A stretch of DNA of 42,463 nt from Basidiobolus meristosporus CBS 931.73 (taxonomy: Eukaryota > Fungi > Basidiobolomycota): the NCBI GenBank assembly GCA_002104905.1, contig MCFE01000716.1, positions 1 through 42,463 of the forward strand, given 5' to 3'. Below are positions 22,884 to 34,838 of the stretch, in pieces. The notes beneath the pieces were generated by a model. That model did not search any database, had not been told where the DNA came from, and was given only the letters and a program-made list of their open reading frames with translations. Position numbers and translations under genes: made by a program. The number at the start of each line of letters is the position of its first letter. The stretch's first letter is position 1.

Positions 22884-23298
22884 GCACTATCCTGAAGATG
22901 TCGAAAGCAGCAGTTGTACATTTACCATGCACAAGCCTTTGGTGCTACATGGACTACTCGAAACTCGAGATGTCGTGGCACTTCTCTTTTCATAAATAGA
23001 TTAAAGGCCTAAATCTGACTCCATCACGGTTGAGCTTGATTTGGTAATCAGCAGCGGGGTGATGTTATTTATAGCTAGTGAATGGACTTATACAGCAGGG
23101 GTTGGATGAGTGAATAGAACGTATGTTTTGAGAAAGCATCTGGCACGCGGATCTCATTTGGCATTCGTTGGTTGTGGGGAAATCAAAGGATGGCATCATA
23201 TTTCGCCATACTAAGGATCTACCAACCAGCTCATGAGTGGTTCCATATGCGTGGATAATGCAACGTACACAGAATTTACAGACGAACAGTTGATTGGT

Positions 23299-26010
23299 TT
23301 ATTCTTTTTGCTCCCAGTCGGATGCTATGACTACGACTGGATTGTCAATGAGATCCTCTGACAAATCATTTCTACGTCGCAGCATCAATTCGGTGGTCTT
23401 AAGATTGTTCTTGTCCCAAAGCTCGCGCTCTCTAGTGCCGCCATTCCGAGAGATGCCATGGATGGGACTGGACTGTGAGCGGTGGTGTGTATACCCCTGC
23501 TTCCTAGGTGGGCCCTTCATCACCAGGCCATCCTCATATTCGGAATACAACTCCTCGTGGGTGGTTTCGGTGTCTTCATATTCTATGTCGGTATCATGAA
23601 GTTCGCATTCGCCGCAGTGGTCATGCTCGCAAAATATCTCCTGCGCCCATTCACTCAGCCCACTCACCACATCTTTGGCCTCCGGGAAAATAGGCAGCAT
23701 CTGTAGGAATGCGTGGGATATTCCTTGCAAGAGCTTCAGCTCCACCACCTTCTCTTCAACAAACTCGGCTTCATTCAGGAACTGGGTATCCGCATGGCTA
23801 CCAATCTTACGCAGCGTTGAGTTCGAGGATTTACGGAAGTATTCCGGCGTAAATGGCGAAGAGCTGGGGTTGGCTGCGGCGTCCTGATCCGTGGTTGCCG
23901 GGATCGACGTCATACCAAACTTGCGAGAGAAGCTTGGCAGATCGGAATTGGAGTGCCTATCAGGTTTGAAGGTGAATCCGGGTTCACCGTTGTTCTGTGC
24001 GTCATCTAGATCCCGCTGTCTTCTGGCTTCTCTCCAGAGCTTCCGCTTGGCCTCGCGAATCCTCCCAGCAAATATCACCGAATCATCTACCAGCGGGTCC
24101 TTCTCACCACATATTAAATATACTTTAGGGAACTGTGCTAGGAGCTCATCAGGGGCCACGATTGGTGAGAGAAGGTAGTCATGAGGGAAATCAGGGGTTT
24201 GGTTGGGACCCACATACAAGATTGCCATTGCTCGCATCTGTAAATTGATCACGTGTTAAGGGTTTGTATCAGGTTGGTGGAAACTAGTTTCCTACCAGAT
24301 CAGGCGTAATGATCCTATCATTGAAGAAACTCATTCTGCTAGTCATGGAGAGCCTGGTTCCTGAATTGGATGAGAGCTTATAAGGAACTTTGATGCGTTC
24401 CTGGATTGCTCGGTGCTTGTGTGAGCTCCATTTCCTTTCCAGATCCGGCTCCACGGCCAGCGGACTACGATGGCTTAGGTGATCCTTGGCCTCCATCAGT
24501 GATGGCAGCGACTTAACCGACTGTGCTCGGATTAGCTCCATTTGGGCGTTGGACATCCAGGAGCTAATGTTGAAATCAAGGCATCCATAGATGAGTATGA
24601 CTCCATCCGGCAATGGGACCGCCGGCTTACGCTCCAGTGCTTTGAGCACGACGGACGCTGCGATGTTTCCTCCTCTAAATGGCCACCATAACGCAAACAT
24701 CTCTTAGTATTGATACAAAACGCTCCAGACCGGTCAAGTCATTCTTACGCTGAATCGCCCATCATAGCAATGGATATACGGTCCCTCTTTTCTCCCGTCG
24801 AGTCGGTCCATCCTAGCAAGCCCAAGCATTCGCCATTGCTTTCGACTATTGTTCTGTACGCATCGAAGCACTCCTCTATAGCGTATGGATAAGGGAACTC
24901 GGGGGCTTTTCCGTAATCGATGCTCACGATGATGGCCCCAGTCTCCAGCGCCATTTGGGTTAGATAATCCTCGTGGCATCTTGGGTTCATGGTGACAAAC
25001 CCGCCGCCTGGGAAATTCAGGATGATTTTGGAGCAGGATTGATAGGTTTCCTTGGGCCCCGTGTAGTATATATAGGCTCTGATGGGGTTGGGGCCACAGG
25101 CATACTTGGCTGGCCTAGGGATCAGGATCCGTTTTTCTACACCGAGTCTTGGTCTTGTCAGCTTGGTAACGAGGCGCAACAGCGGGTGCTGTGACTTCTC
25201 CCACGACATTCTCATGTATTCCACAGTAGGCTGGGAGCGGATCTTGCGGACCTGGGTTCAACCGTGTTAAGTCGCGGTTGGAGAGGGCGTCCGAGATGCC
25301 CGGGTTTATGGGACATGCACAGTATCGAGTTGGACCCGGATTACCTTTTGATCGGCTCTTTCGGCAAACACGAGATAAAACAGGGTGAACACTAAACTCA
25401 TGGTGTTCATAAGCCATTTTGGCCGAATGTTCATTGCAGTGTAAAAACCAGCATCCAACCCAGTCAGTATCCAGGTGGCCCGATAGTAATTGGGGCTATA
25501 CTGTGGAGAAGAGGGGTTAGCATGGAGCCGCATGAGCAATCAGGAATACAATGCTACCAGTCTTGCTAGTGGCTCGGGCGCTGTCGTTTGAAGAGAGGCG
25601 TTAGGACGTGAACCAATCGGGAGGAGGTTGGATGCATCGAATCTCTTACCATTCAAGCCCAGAAGTAAAAAGCCGTTCTTCACCACGTAAAACAGAGTCA
25701 AGCTTCCAAGGATCAATTGCCAGGGGGTGTATTTGGCTAGACGTCCACCGATGGTCATTAGATACGTGGGGTCGAAGTTGAGAACCATCCTACTCACCAA
25801 GCCGGCCATTTATCCCGCTCAGAAACCGAGGTCCGGTGTGACCGAATTTTCGCAAGGTCAGCAAACTGATCAATGTATCAACTTAGTGTTCGTGTGCCGG
25901 TGAAGGTGGATGAAGGCATTGGGAGTGGGTACATACGCACTTGCAGCCACTAGGATAACCTGGATGCGTTGGATGTTTTTGGAGGGCTTCCCTAATAGGT
26001 GATCGATCAT
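23299..26010 (-). CDS. Hormone-sensitive-lipase-family alpha/beta hydrolase, multi-exon
   Basis: Start MIDHLLGKPSKNIQRIQV at 26010 (typical fungal HSL-like N-terminus). Oxyanion motif FPGGGFV, IDYGKAPEFPYP, nucleophile GDSA|G split by an intron, DPLVDD and SHAFL (catalytic Asp/His). Confidence 0.88.
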
Positions 26011-26227
26011 TCAAGTTGCTTAACTCAATGGGTGTGTAGGAGATGCTGGTGCAGGATCAGTGGTATAGGTATGGATGGGGTATGCAAGGAGGCACTTGTG
26101 GTATGCTAAAGGGACGATGCTGTTCAATGGCGCCGGTATTTATATACCCTGTTGGGTAATGGCGGTTCATGGAGGCATCAAATGGAATATGGCTCATTCG
26201 GGGATAGGCGGGAATAGTCGACCGATG

Positions 26228-27090
26228 CTAGAGGGAGTCATAGCTATAGGTAAGCAGGGAACATGTGAAAGCCAGAGTGCCAGTAAAATCACATGTTATT
26301 CCCAGCGCTGGCTGCTGAAATATATAGAGCGAGCCTCCTTGATTGGGCCAGTCCGAGTTCGTGTTGCAAGTTGAAATTGCTCCAAACCTATAGAGGCATC
26401 CATCATCAAATGACCTCCACTCGGCACATAATGTGACCATGGTTTTCAAGCACGTCTACGCAAGATCCATCAGTGCACCCTGGCTTGGTTTGCCACCTCT
26501 TCTATTTTCAGGAATGGAATCGTCAACCAGGAGCGTTATTTGATCCTCATCATGATTAGTCATATGATTGATGTGGGCGGTTGTTTCCGTGTCTGTGGTG
26601 TGACTGCTATACCCCAGCCGGCGGCTTTTTTCTAGGAGTCGCTCCTGGGGGCCATCGACACACATCTCGCTGTTTAACCTCGCTGGCATAACGTCGGCTG
26701 CTCCAATTGGCTTCGGCCTGTGTCATCGTATTGTGGAATTCAACCTAGCGTCGATTCTTGTGAAATGTCGAAGCTGTTCTATATGCTGGAAACACTGCCA
26801 TACGCCACCTATTCGGTGCAGGCTCATGACTAGGTGCTCATGTGACCCCCTGGCCCTCAGCACATTAATCCAACTAGGAACAGCGAATGGAATACAGGGT
26901 TCGGGTATAGATGATTCCATGCTGCTCGATGGGTCTTGTCTACCATCCAACTGGTACGTGGTAGAACCATGCTGAAGTAGTACCAAATTGAAAAGGCCGT
27001 GGAAGTTGGTCTATATCCTAGGGCCGAATGATACAGCATGGATAAGTGGCAGATTGTTGCTATTTGTATTGAATTGGGGTTGTCATTCGA
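26228..27090 (-). CDS. Possible multi-exon hypothetical protein
   Basis: Several adjacent minus-strand open segments with plausible GT-AG introns (e.g. a 75-nt in-frame intron joining ...FTRIDA to SEMCVDGPQERLL...). No family recognised. Confidence 0.3.
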
Positions 27091-27494
27091 TTCGACTAAG
27101 AAAGGAACATTGTGTATTAGATGCATTAATAATGAACTATTTTTTGTCTCAGTTGTGGGGTCTCTGATCGATCGAAAACTTCTAACTTAGAGCTCCCGTC
27201 CGATTCCCACTGCAAATACGTGAGGTGAAGCATGTTACGTAAAAGATTGCCCCCCAAAAAACTGGGCCACCATTGCCTGCTTCACGTTAAAAAATGGCAG
27301 CTCATCCTCGCGGGATCTCCTTGATTAGTTTCTGTATCTTTCCAGTCTACTTAACTAAGAACAAGTCATAGGAAACTCGGCTGTATTTTCAACCTAATTA
27401 ACCCACTTCCCAAACGATTTACCCCATACAATACAAACACCAAAGCATCGGAGCTGAGCAACGATCCCCCACCTTTTCGAACGAGGGTAATAAA

Positions 27495-28701
27495 ATGGAC
27501 ACGAAGCAAGGTGAAGCTCTTCTAGTTTTTTGTGCTGGTGTTTAGCGCTAAACGTTTTACCCGACACCCGACCTTTTGTTTAGATAAAGAGAAATACCCA
27601 CAGCCAAAGGTGTCCCTAGACGCACACGTATCGACCTTTCGAATAGAGAATCCCACCGCTGGCGACTTAGACGGTTCCTCAGAAATGAACGACCAAACAT
27701 CAGGGTCCAAATCTCTGGTCAGTGCGAAGCGCGCTGCCCAGAATCGCGCCGCTCAACGAGCGTTTCGACAAAGAAAGGAACAGCACATCAAGGGCCTTGA
27801 ATCCAAAGCCAAGCTGTTGAATATAGTGATCAGAAACAACATCAAGCTAAAGGCTGAAAACGAGTCTTTGTGGCAAATAATCACAAAGGTGAAGGGTGGT
27901 GAGAATATTCACAAGCTTGTCCTACCAGAGAAAGCGGAGCTTGAGGACGAAGGGAAGGTCGAAAGTATCAACTATTTTGAGGAGCCAGCTCAGGATGACC
28001 CTTCCTACAACATGAGCTACGCTCAAAAAGAGGAGGCGATATCGCCTACTTTCAAGATAAAATCGTTCAGCTCTGCACCTGAGGACAAGCGCTTCTCTTC
28101 CCCAGTGCCTCCGCCGAGCCAAGGGAAAGTGGTGGATTTTCGGCGACTTAGCTCGGATTCAAACTCCACCACCTCGTCCTGTTCTTTTTCACCGAACAAT
28201 CCAAACGTGTTCCAGCGTCGACTCAGCTCTCATGGGTTCCCAGGGCCATCTCCTACCGGTGCAATGGATCCATTGCTGGCAACCAGTGCACCAGCTACCA
28301 ACCTACCGAAGCAGGCGCCTAGACATCCTTCAGTTGTTAGTCTAAATGACGAGAAGCTCTACTCATACCAACAGACTCCGGACGTTTTCGTCGACAATCA
28401 AGCATCGGCATGGAATCAAAATTCCACGCCAAGTATGTCCTCGCCTCACTTCAATCAGGAGGGAGCCAACTTGGCGTTCCTTCAGTATGGATGGATCTTC
28501 GAGTCACACACGCCTCAACCGGATCGTGGGGGTAGCTATACTGGGGTGTTTGGCATGTCGCAGAAAGAGCTCGACCAAAACCACGAGATCATGGACAATT
28601 TATATTCACTCTTGAAAATGGACCCGGAGCTCAGCGAAAGCACCGAAGAGCTACCCAAGCCATCGTCCATTCTAAGCAGCAAGCCAGTAGACGTGAACTA
28701 A
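27495..28701 (+). CDS. AP-1/Yap-like bZIP transcription factor
   Basis: Basic region KRAAQNRAAQRAFRQRK followed by a leucine zipper. Probable micro-exon MDTKQ at 27495 with an intron to ~27645; the alternative start is the ATG at 27685. Confidence 0.85.
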
Positions 28702-29446
28702 AGTACCATTGAATCATTCGGAATTCATTTGCGTAGTCTTTAAGCTTATCGATTTGCCCTCTTGCTTGTACACAAATTTAACGTATTCTCCATTCAAAAG
28801 TAGATCGACCACTGCAGTGGTTGTAAAGTACGTGCATAAGAAAGCAGCTTTGTTAGACCCTCAGTTCGAGCAGCCCCCTGATTCTCTAACGAAAAGCGCG
28901 CCTACATGAATTTGCACCTTTCAATCCAGCTCCACATTTCCCCTTCTCAGTTGAGCAACCCTCAATGTATGTAATTATCGTTTAATCATTAGTTTGTGGG
29001 TAATAATAAACCATGTACTCTTTAGTCTACTCCAGAGTCCATTGTATCTCCCCATATCTCCCTGGGGAGAGCGTCTGGGGAAGTGACCGGAAATGAACCT
29101 GCGCACACTCGGTGTGACAGTCAATAATAAAGTATGGATGATAATCTAGGTTTATTGTTCACATGCTACATCAACGATTGCTCGGCTGATGCTCAAGAAG
29201 TGGGCCCATATCGATGTCTAAATTCCAGATGGGGTTGACCATATCACGAGGTGAAGGGGTTCGGTGATCCAGATCCCAATGGAGAATAGTGTATTCTGGT
29301 GAGGATTAGGCAAAGGAAATGCTTAGAGTGTCGAAGTTGGTGGTAGGTATGTAGTGTTGATGATAGTGGGGATTGTCTGGCACGAAGTGATAAATATAGA
29401 TAGGTGCACAGCGGGATGGCTGCACATATTGGCAAGATGAGGCACG

Positions 29447-31159
29447 TTAAAGAGTGAGGTCTACTCCACGGACATGGATTTGCTTCTCCCGGAGGTGCTC
29501 TTTGACAGCGGCAATGGGCACTTCCTTTCTGTGGAAAATGCCTGCTGCCAACGCTGCCTCGACGCCAGTCTTTTCAAAGACCTCCGAGAAATGCTCAACT
29601 CTGCCAGCACCGCTGGACGCGATCACTGGGATTCTGACCGCTGATCTTGTGTCGGCAATGAGCTCGAGATCATATCCGGAGTTGGTACCATCCTTGTCCA
29701 TGCAGTTGAGGAGGATTTCGCCAGCGCCTAGTGCTTCGCAGGCAGTCACCAGCTGGCGAACGTCAAGATCCCGACCTTCACGGCCACCCTTGACAGTGCA
29801 CTGATACCAACAATACTCTTCCCCGTTGGGGCCAGGGGTACTCTGCTTGATCACATGGTGGGTAGTGTCTGAGGGACTGTTGACGTAAACGCGTTTGGGA
29901 TCAACCGAGATGACCACGGCTTGGGCTCCGTAGGCGTTGGCAATGGTTTCGATGGCAGTCTTGCCAGTAGGGACACGGTTGTTGGCGTAATATTCCTCGG
30001 CAATATACACCGCATCACTGCCAATAGACACCTTATCAGCTCCGGAACGGAAGTAGGTTCCAGCTACCTCCAGGGCAGAATAGGTGCGCCCATCAGCGAC
30101 AATGTCACGAATACCACCGCCAATGGTAAGAGGTACGAAAACCGTTTCGGAGGTACGTCTCAGAACCTCCAGCATGGGAAGGTCCCCGAGTGGACAGTTA
30201 CGGAAACTGGTGATGTTGAGGAAGGTAATCTCATCGGCGCCTTCCTCGAAGTATCTTTTCGCCAACTCCACGGGCTTGCCTAGGTTTCGGACATCTCCTT
30301 TGGAGTCACCGTCGGGCTTTTCACGCACATCGTATTGATCTCCCTTGGTGACCACCAAGTCGCCCATATCATTGGCGCGGACATCCAAGCAAGCGATAAT
30401 ACGCTTGGTGAAGCAATCGTGGCCGGGTGTTGGGGTTTTGTATAGGATCTCTTTGTCATCGAAGTTAGTCTGACCAGACAGGAACGATCTCAAGATTCTT
30501 AACCCAGCAAACCCACTCTTCTCGGGGTGAAATTGTGTGCAGAAGACATTATCCCGTTGAATGGAGCTGACGAACACTTCGTCACCGTACTGGGTAGTGG
30601 TGAAAGTCCATTCCTTGAGGGCCTCGGAGTAAGGGACAGCGTAGGAGTGGACGAAGTAGTAGACGGTACTAGGGTTGATACCGAAGCTCTCTTGTCCATC
30701 CTTAGGCTGAACCTTAAGTAGCTCGGCCTCGTTCCAGCCCATGTGTGGGACGGCTTTGTTGTCAGAGTTGAACTTCTTGACGATCCCAGGGACAATACCT
30801 AGGCCTTTAACACCAGGTGTTTCGTCGGAACCCTCGAACATGGTCTGCATTCCCACACAAATGCCCATGAAAGGTTTACCGGAGGCGATGTATTGCTTGA
30901 TGGGCTCGACATAGCCCTTAGCTACAAGGGCATCCATGGCGCAACCGAAAGCGCCGACTCCAGGGAAGATGATTTTCTACGAACCAGATTAGCACTTCTT
31001 CCACAAGTCCGATACGAGGCAACAGGAACCAACACTTACATCAGCCTTAAGGATATCGGAGGGCTCTTTAACTGATATGATATCATAACCCAGCTTGTTC
31101 ACCGCGTTCAACAAGCTGCGAACATTCCCAGCTCCGTAATCTAACAAATAGACAGACAT
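29447..31159 (-). CDS. HIS7: Bifunctional imidazole glycerol phosphate synthase HisH-HisF, 2 exons
   Basis: MSVYLLDYGAGNVRS..., IFPGVGAFG, GICVG (catalytic Cys), QFHPEKS, RIIACLDVRAND and DKDGTNSGYDL. One intron near 31040-30980. Confidence 0.97.
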
Positions 31160-31339
31160 GTTTCGAAAAACTAAAGGAACTGGGTTCTCCCCGGGGGCGG
31201 CTTTATACGGAGATTCCCGCGAAATTCGATCTCAAAACAATCTTTTGCCTTATCTACTTTGGTTCTCCTTGATAGGTTTAACCATGCTACCAAATGTCCA
31301 TGCTATGTTCAACCAGATCTGACACCATGTGGGTAATCG

Positions 31340-31381
31340 TGACTGATCATCAGTCATCAGAAATTTCTACGACCCGAGTCA
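31340..31381. promoter_or_regulatory. Gcn4/CpcA-like elements upstream of HIS7
   Basis: Perfect inverted repeat TGACTGAT-C-ATCAGTCA at 31340-31356 and GAGTCA (TGACTC on minus) at 31376-31381. Confidence 0.4.
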
Positions 31382-32108
31382 TGTGATGATGGGCAGCAGC
31401 TCAATGTCATCAAATCATTGATCAGGGGGCGGAGCCTTGCACTCTGATTAGATGCTGAGATGATCGTTTTGGTTAGGCCCAGCTGAACGCCCATCAGGAA
31501 AGGCAGCTTGATAAGCGGCTCACCAATCGTAGAGGGCGGAAGACTGTACATTTAATTATATAAGAAGAAAAGGAAGGCAGGGACAGCTCTTGATTTGAAA
31601 GCGGGTATGTAGTCGATGGATGCTGGGGATCATGCAACCCATCGCCTCCCTCACCTGATCTTCGATGCTAGATCCCCACGCGGGCGCCAGGTGCACAGTG
31701 CCGCGCAGGCAGGCAAGTTTCTATCCGGAGTACCAGGTGCCTTGTTACCAACCTGAAACATGCCGTTGGAAGAGAGGTCGAGAATCCCCACCGAGGCTCT
31801 CATGCGGGCGGGATGGGCCGCACCCATCTTGTAGACCATTGGGATGGACGCAGTTTCATATATCGATGCACAGGATAGGGTCTTTGGCACCAATCCTGGG
31901 CGAATAGATTAGGCTCATGCTGTGGGTTGACAGCCATCGATATGGAGCTTAACTGATCACCAGCGTGCGCTGCCGATCCATGATTCGCAATGATCCACCC
32001 ACCCAGCGTTGATTCTGGTTTTCGTAGCTGCCCACGGGCATCAGAGCGGAGCACCATGACTGTCAAGTGACCAATCTTGAGGGGATCTCGAGTGGGTTCC
32101 ACTGAAAT

Positions 32109-32846
32109 CAGTGGGATGGGCTCTGGCGGCATCCAAACACATGCCAAATCAAATCCCTCACCAGTTCGACCCGGCGGTGGGTATATATTTCGCCCCCGCC
32201 TGGCTGGATGGCCACTTTGATTTCTTGGTACAGGAGTGCGACCATGCCGAAAGAACCCTTGACGGAGTTGGAAAGAGACGTCGAGATTGCCCGGGCCCTC
32301 AATACCGGTATCGACCGAGAGCAGAAGGCCACCGAGTTCGTCACCACCTCAGCCCAGGGCCTTGCCAATCTTCACTTGCTTTCGGGAAGAAAAGCCCCTT
32401 GCATCGAGCCCGTAACCACCCACCAGATACTGCCTGTTGAGCTCCCCTGCCCGCAAGACTTATCGTCATCTACATATCGCAACGATCTGTCCCCGGATAA
32501 GCTGGGCGTGGTGGGGTTTGTTACCGAAACTGTCAGCGTAGTCAAAGACCTCATTTCCCAACGTATCAACCAGCGCCGGATGTCCGGCCAAGATCCGGAT
32601 GCCAAGGAGGCTGCTGAACGCCGGGAGCCACCTCACCCCGACGATCGTCCAAAGCTGACCCCTATTTCACAAGAGCCCATTCTGGTGCAAAAGGTGAAGA
32701 CCCTGTTTCCGAAGCCGTTGGTAGATGACGACGGTTCGCCAAGATACAAGATCGACAATTCCTGGGGCTACAAGAGTGGCGGCTCCAATATTGACTATGA
32801 CCCTATCAGGCACCCGTCCCGGGCAATGGCCCAGGACAACCATTAG
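32109..32846 (+). CDS. Hypothetical protein; 3' part clear, 5' exons unresolved
   Basis: A 212-aa ORF with gene-like composition, open upstream to a CAG acceptor near 32111. Likely upstream exons extend toward ~31650. Confidence 0.5.
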   Translation, partial: QWDGLWRHPNTCQIKSLTSSTRRWVYISPPPGWMATLISWYRSATMPKEPLTELERDVEIARALNTGIDREQKATEFVTTSAQGLANLHLLSGRKAPCIEPVTTHQILPVELPCPQDLSSSTYRNDLSPDKLGVVGFVTETVSVVKDLISQRINQRRMSGQDPDAKEAAERREPPHPDDRPKLTPISQEPILVQKVKTLFPKPLVDDDGSPRYKIDNSWGYKSGGSNIDYDPIRHPSRAMAQDNH

Positions 32847-33526
32847 CCGTAATCGTTGTATGTTCCCCGTTAGTACCCGTTCTTTGTCCCCCGCCATGTA
32901 AATAAAATGGGCATCTTATATGCTGCGAATAACCAAGCTGTACATCTTCCCACCCATCGGTCTGGTGGGGATGCATGGATTAACGTCCTCGCGAAACAAT
33001 GTCATCGAACGCTCGCTTGTGGTGGTTGTCATGCCATCAGGTTATCCATGGCAAGGTGCAGGTAGACTGTGTTCTTTTGGGCCAGTGAGGGGGCCCAATT
33101 CTATGGTGTATGGCTTCATACTGTTCATTCAAATGTCTTACCCACAGGAATTTCCGCCTGAAACTTTGGCCACCCTAACCGGGATCTCCTGCCTCATTCA
33201 CCGCCCATCACCGGTCCCTGTGTATTTACTTCATGACAGGCGAGAACCATTGGACTGTTGATCCTGGTATTGTCACTGAGATATACTTATCATACACCAT
33301 CACAATATCAGCATGTTGTGTTCTAACCCCTCTCAACAGACTTATAGTGGGGTCTTGACCAGGTTTTGCTGTCTGGATTACCAAATATTGGAAAAAACAT
33401 GATGCCACTTTAACAGCCTTCTTATGGCCTCATGACAGCCTTTTGGAAGCCAATGGTATTCTGGAAGTACTAAGCTCTCCAATACACCTAATTGCCTTAT
33501 ATGGTGACAAACCTGAAGATGTCATG

Positions 33527-33871
33527 TGTTGTAAGAATTTATAATTGCACCTAAAAGCTCACCTAACATAGTCACTTTGATCATTACCTGCAACCTTAGA
33601 GATTCGGACCAAATTCCTTGTTAGGATTTACTTCAAATATTCTTGCCAATACAGTAGGTACCCAGAGCATAAGATTTTCATAACTTGTCCAAGCCCCCCC
33701 TACCATTGCACACATGCTCTTGGAGCCTTCCTAAGTATATTTTACATGTTTGCTTGCTAAGACCATGCAAAAGCTTAAACATTACTTGTGCATTCAATAA
33801 ATTGTTATGTCAATACCACATAATCTGCTTGTTTTCTGGTTGCTTCCAGCATAACCAAAACTCTTTCAACA
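33527..33871 (+). mobile_element. Ty1/Copia 5' LTR (345 bp) followed by a degenerate PBS-like sequence
   Basis: TGTTG...CAACA termini; alignable to the LTR at 42240. Followed by GATTATGAGACCTGAG, which resembles the Copia GGTTATGGGCCC-type PBS. Confidence 0.8.
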
Positions 33872-33929
33872 GATTATGAGACCTGAGCTGTTGCTCTGTG
33901 GAGCATTTACCACTGCTATCACTGGAACT

Positions 33930-34838
33930 TTTCCCTCTATTGAACAGTTGGATGGATTCAACTACTAAGTCTGGAGAAGGTGAAGGTGAAAAGGCAGCTA
34001 CAGGAGAGAGGCCTTTGGGATATTGTTGTGGGAGAAGAATCCCCCCAATGGCATAGGAGAGCAAGCCTGGAAGTACCAGATCAAAGAACAATGTGCCTTT
34101 AACTGCATTTGCTTTAATGTCAAAGACAAAATGCTAATTCAATGTTCTGCCATAATGTTTAAGACAAATTGTTAATTTAATGTTCAAGGGCAAAAACTGC
34201 AATGAATGCCTGGAAGGCATTAGAAGCCACTTACTAGTTGTGTCCAGCTGCTTCAAAAATGTATCTTGAACAGGAATCCCTCATTGCAGAGAGGCTTTCA
34301 GGAGAAGAAAAGAAAAATCCAACCTACAGAATTACCTTGCCTGTTGATGAGATGGAATCTGCAGCATACAAACTACTGATAAAATTGTGGTAGTTTCCCT
34401 CCTAAAGAGCCTGACCAGCAGGCTTCAGGGCCTTATATATGCTGTAAGAGTCTTGGAGATGTTGAAAGTGATTGGGAGAACAAGTATATTATGTAGTCTT
34501 CATGTAATAATCTATGGAGCATATGAGTAGTATATATACATTTACATGGTGTCTGCATTACAAACACAAACAATAGGCTTAGAAAGATCCCAAGAACATG
34601 TGTGCAAAGCTTGAAACTGTTTGGACAACTTATTTAATTTTTATGTTCTGGGTACCTGATCTTTTGATGAGAGTTTTCTAAGTAACTCCTAACAAGGAAT
34701 TTGGTCAGTATTCTCTAAGACTTGTAGGTAATGATCCAAGTGACTAAGTAAGGTGAATATTTAGGTGGAATTGCAAATTTCTACAACTATATCAGCCCTG
34801 GAGTCCAAAAGTGAAGATATGACCTTGAGTTGCATATA
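33930..34838 (+). pseudogene. Degenerate Copia gag, interrupted by a solo LTR
   Basis: IEQLDGFNY*VW, KRQLQERGLWDIVVGEESP, AKTAMNAWKALEATY*, DKIVVVSLLKSLTSRLQGL|ISALESKSEDMTLSCI; contains stops and frameshifts. Confidence 0.75.
34440..34788 (-). mobile_element. Solo Copia LTR (same family) inserted in gag, imperfect 5-bp TSD ATAT[A/C]
   Basis: Reverse complement of the family LTR. Removing it plus one TSD copy restores the gag frame (GGC CTT ATA TCA GCC). Confidence 0.75.

Noticed and set aside
6650-26010. Lipid-related genes (SCS7, TMEM41-like, HSL lipase) as a possible cluster
   Set aside because: They are widely separated and interspersed with unrelated housekeeping genes; there is no evidence of co-regulation.
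26228-26986. Three same-frame ORFs separated by single TGA/TAG stops (possible readthrough or selenocysteine)
   Set aside because: Both stops fall inside plausible GT-AG introns, there is no selenoprotein-like motif, and no SECIS was recognised.
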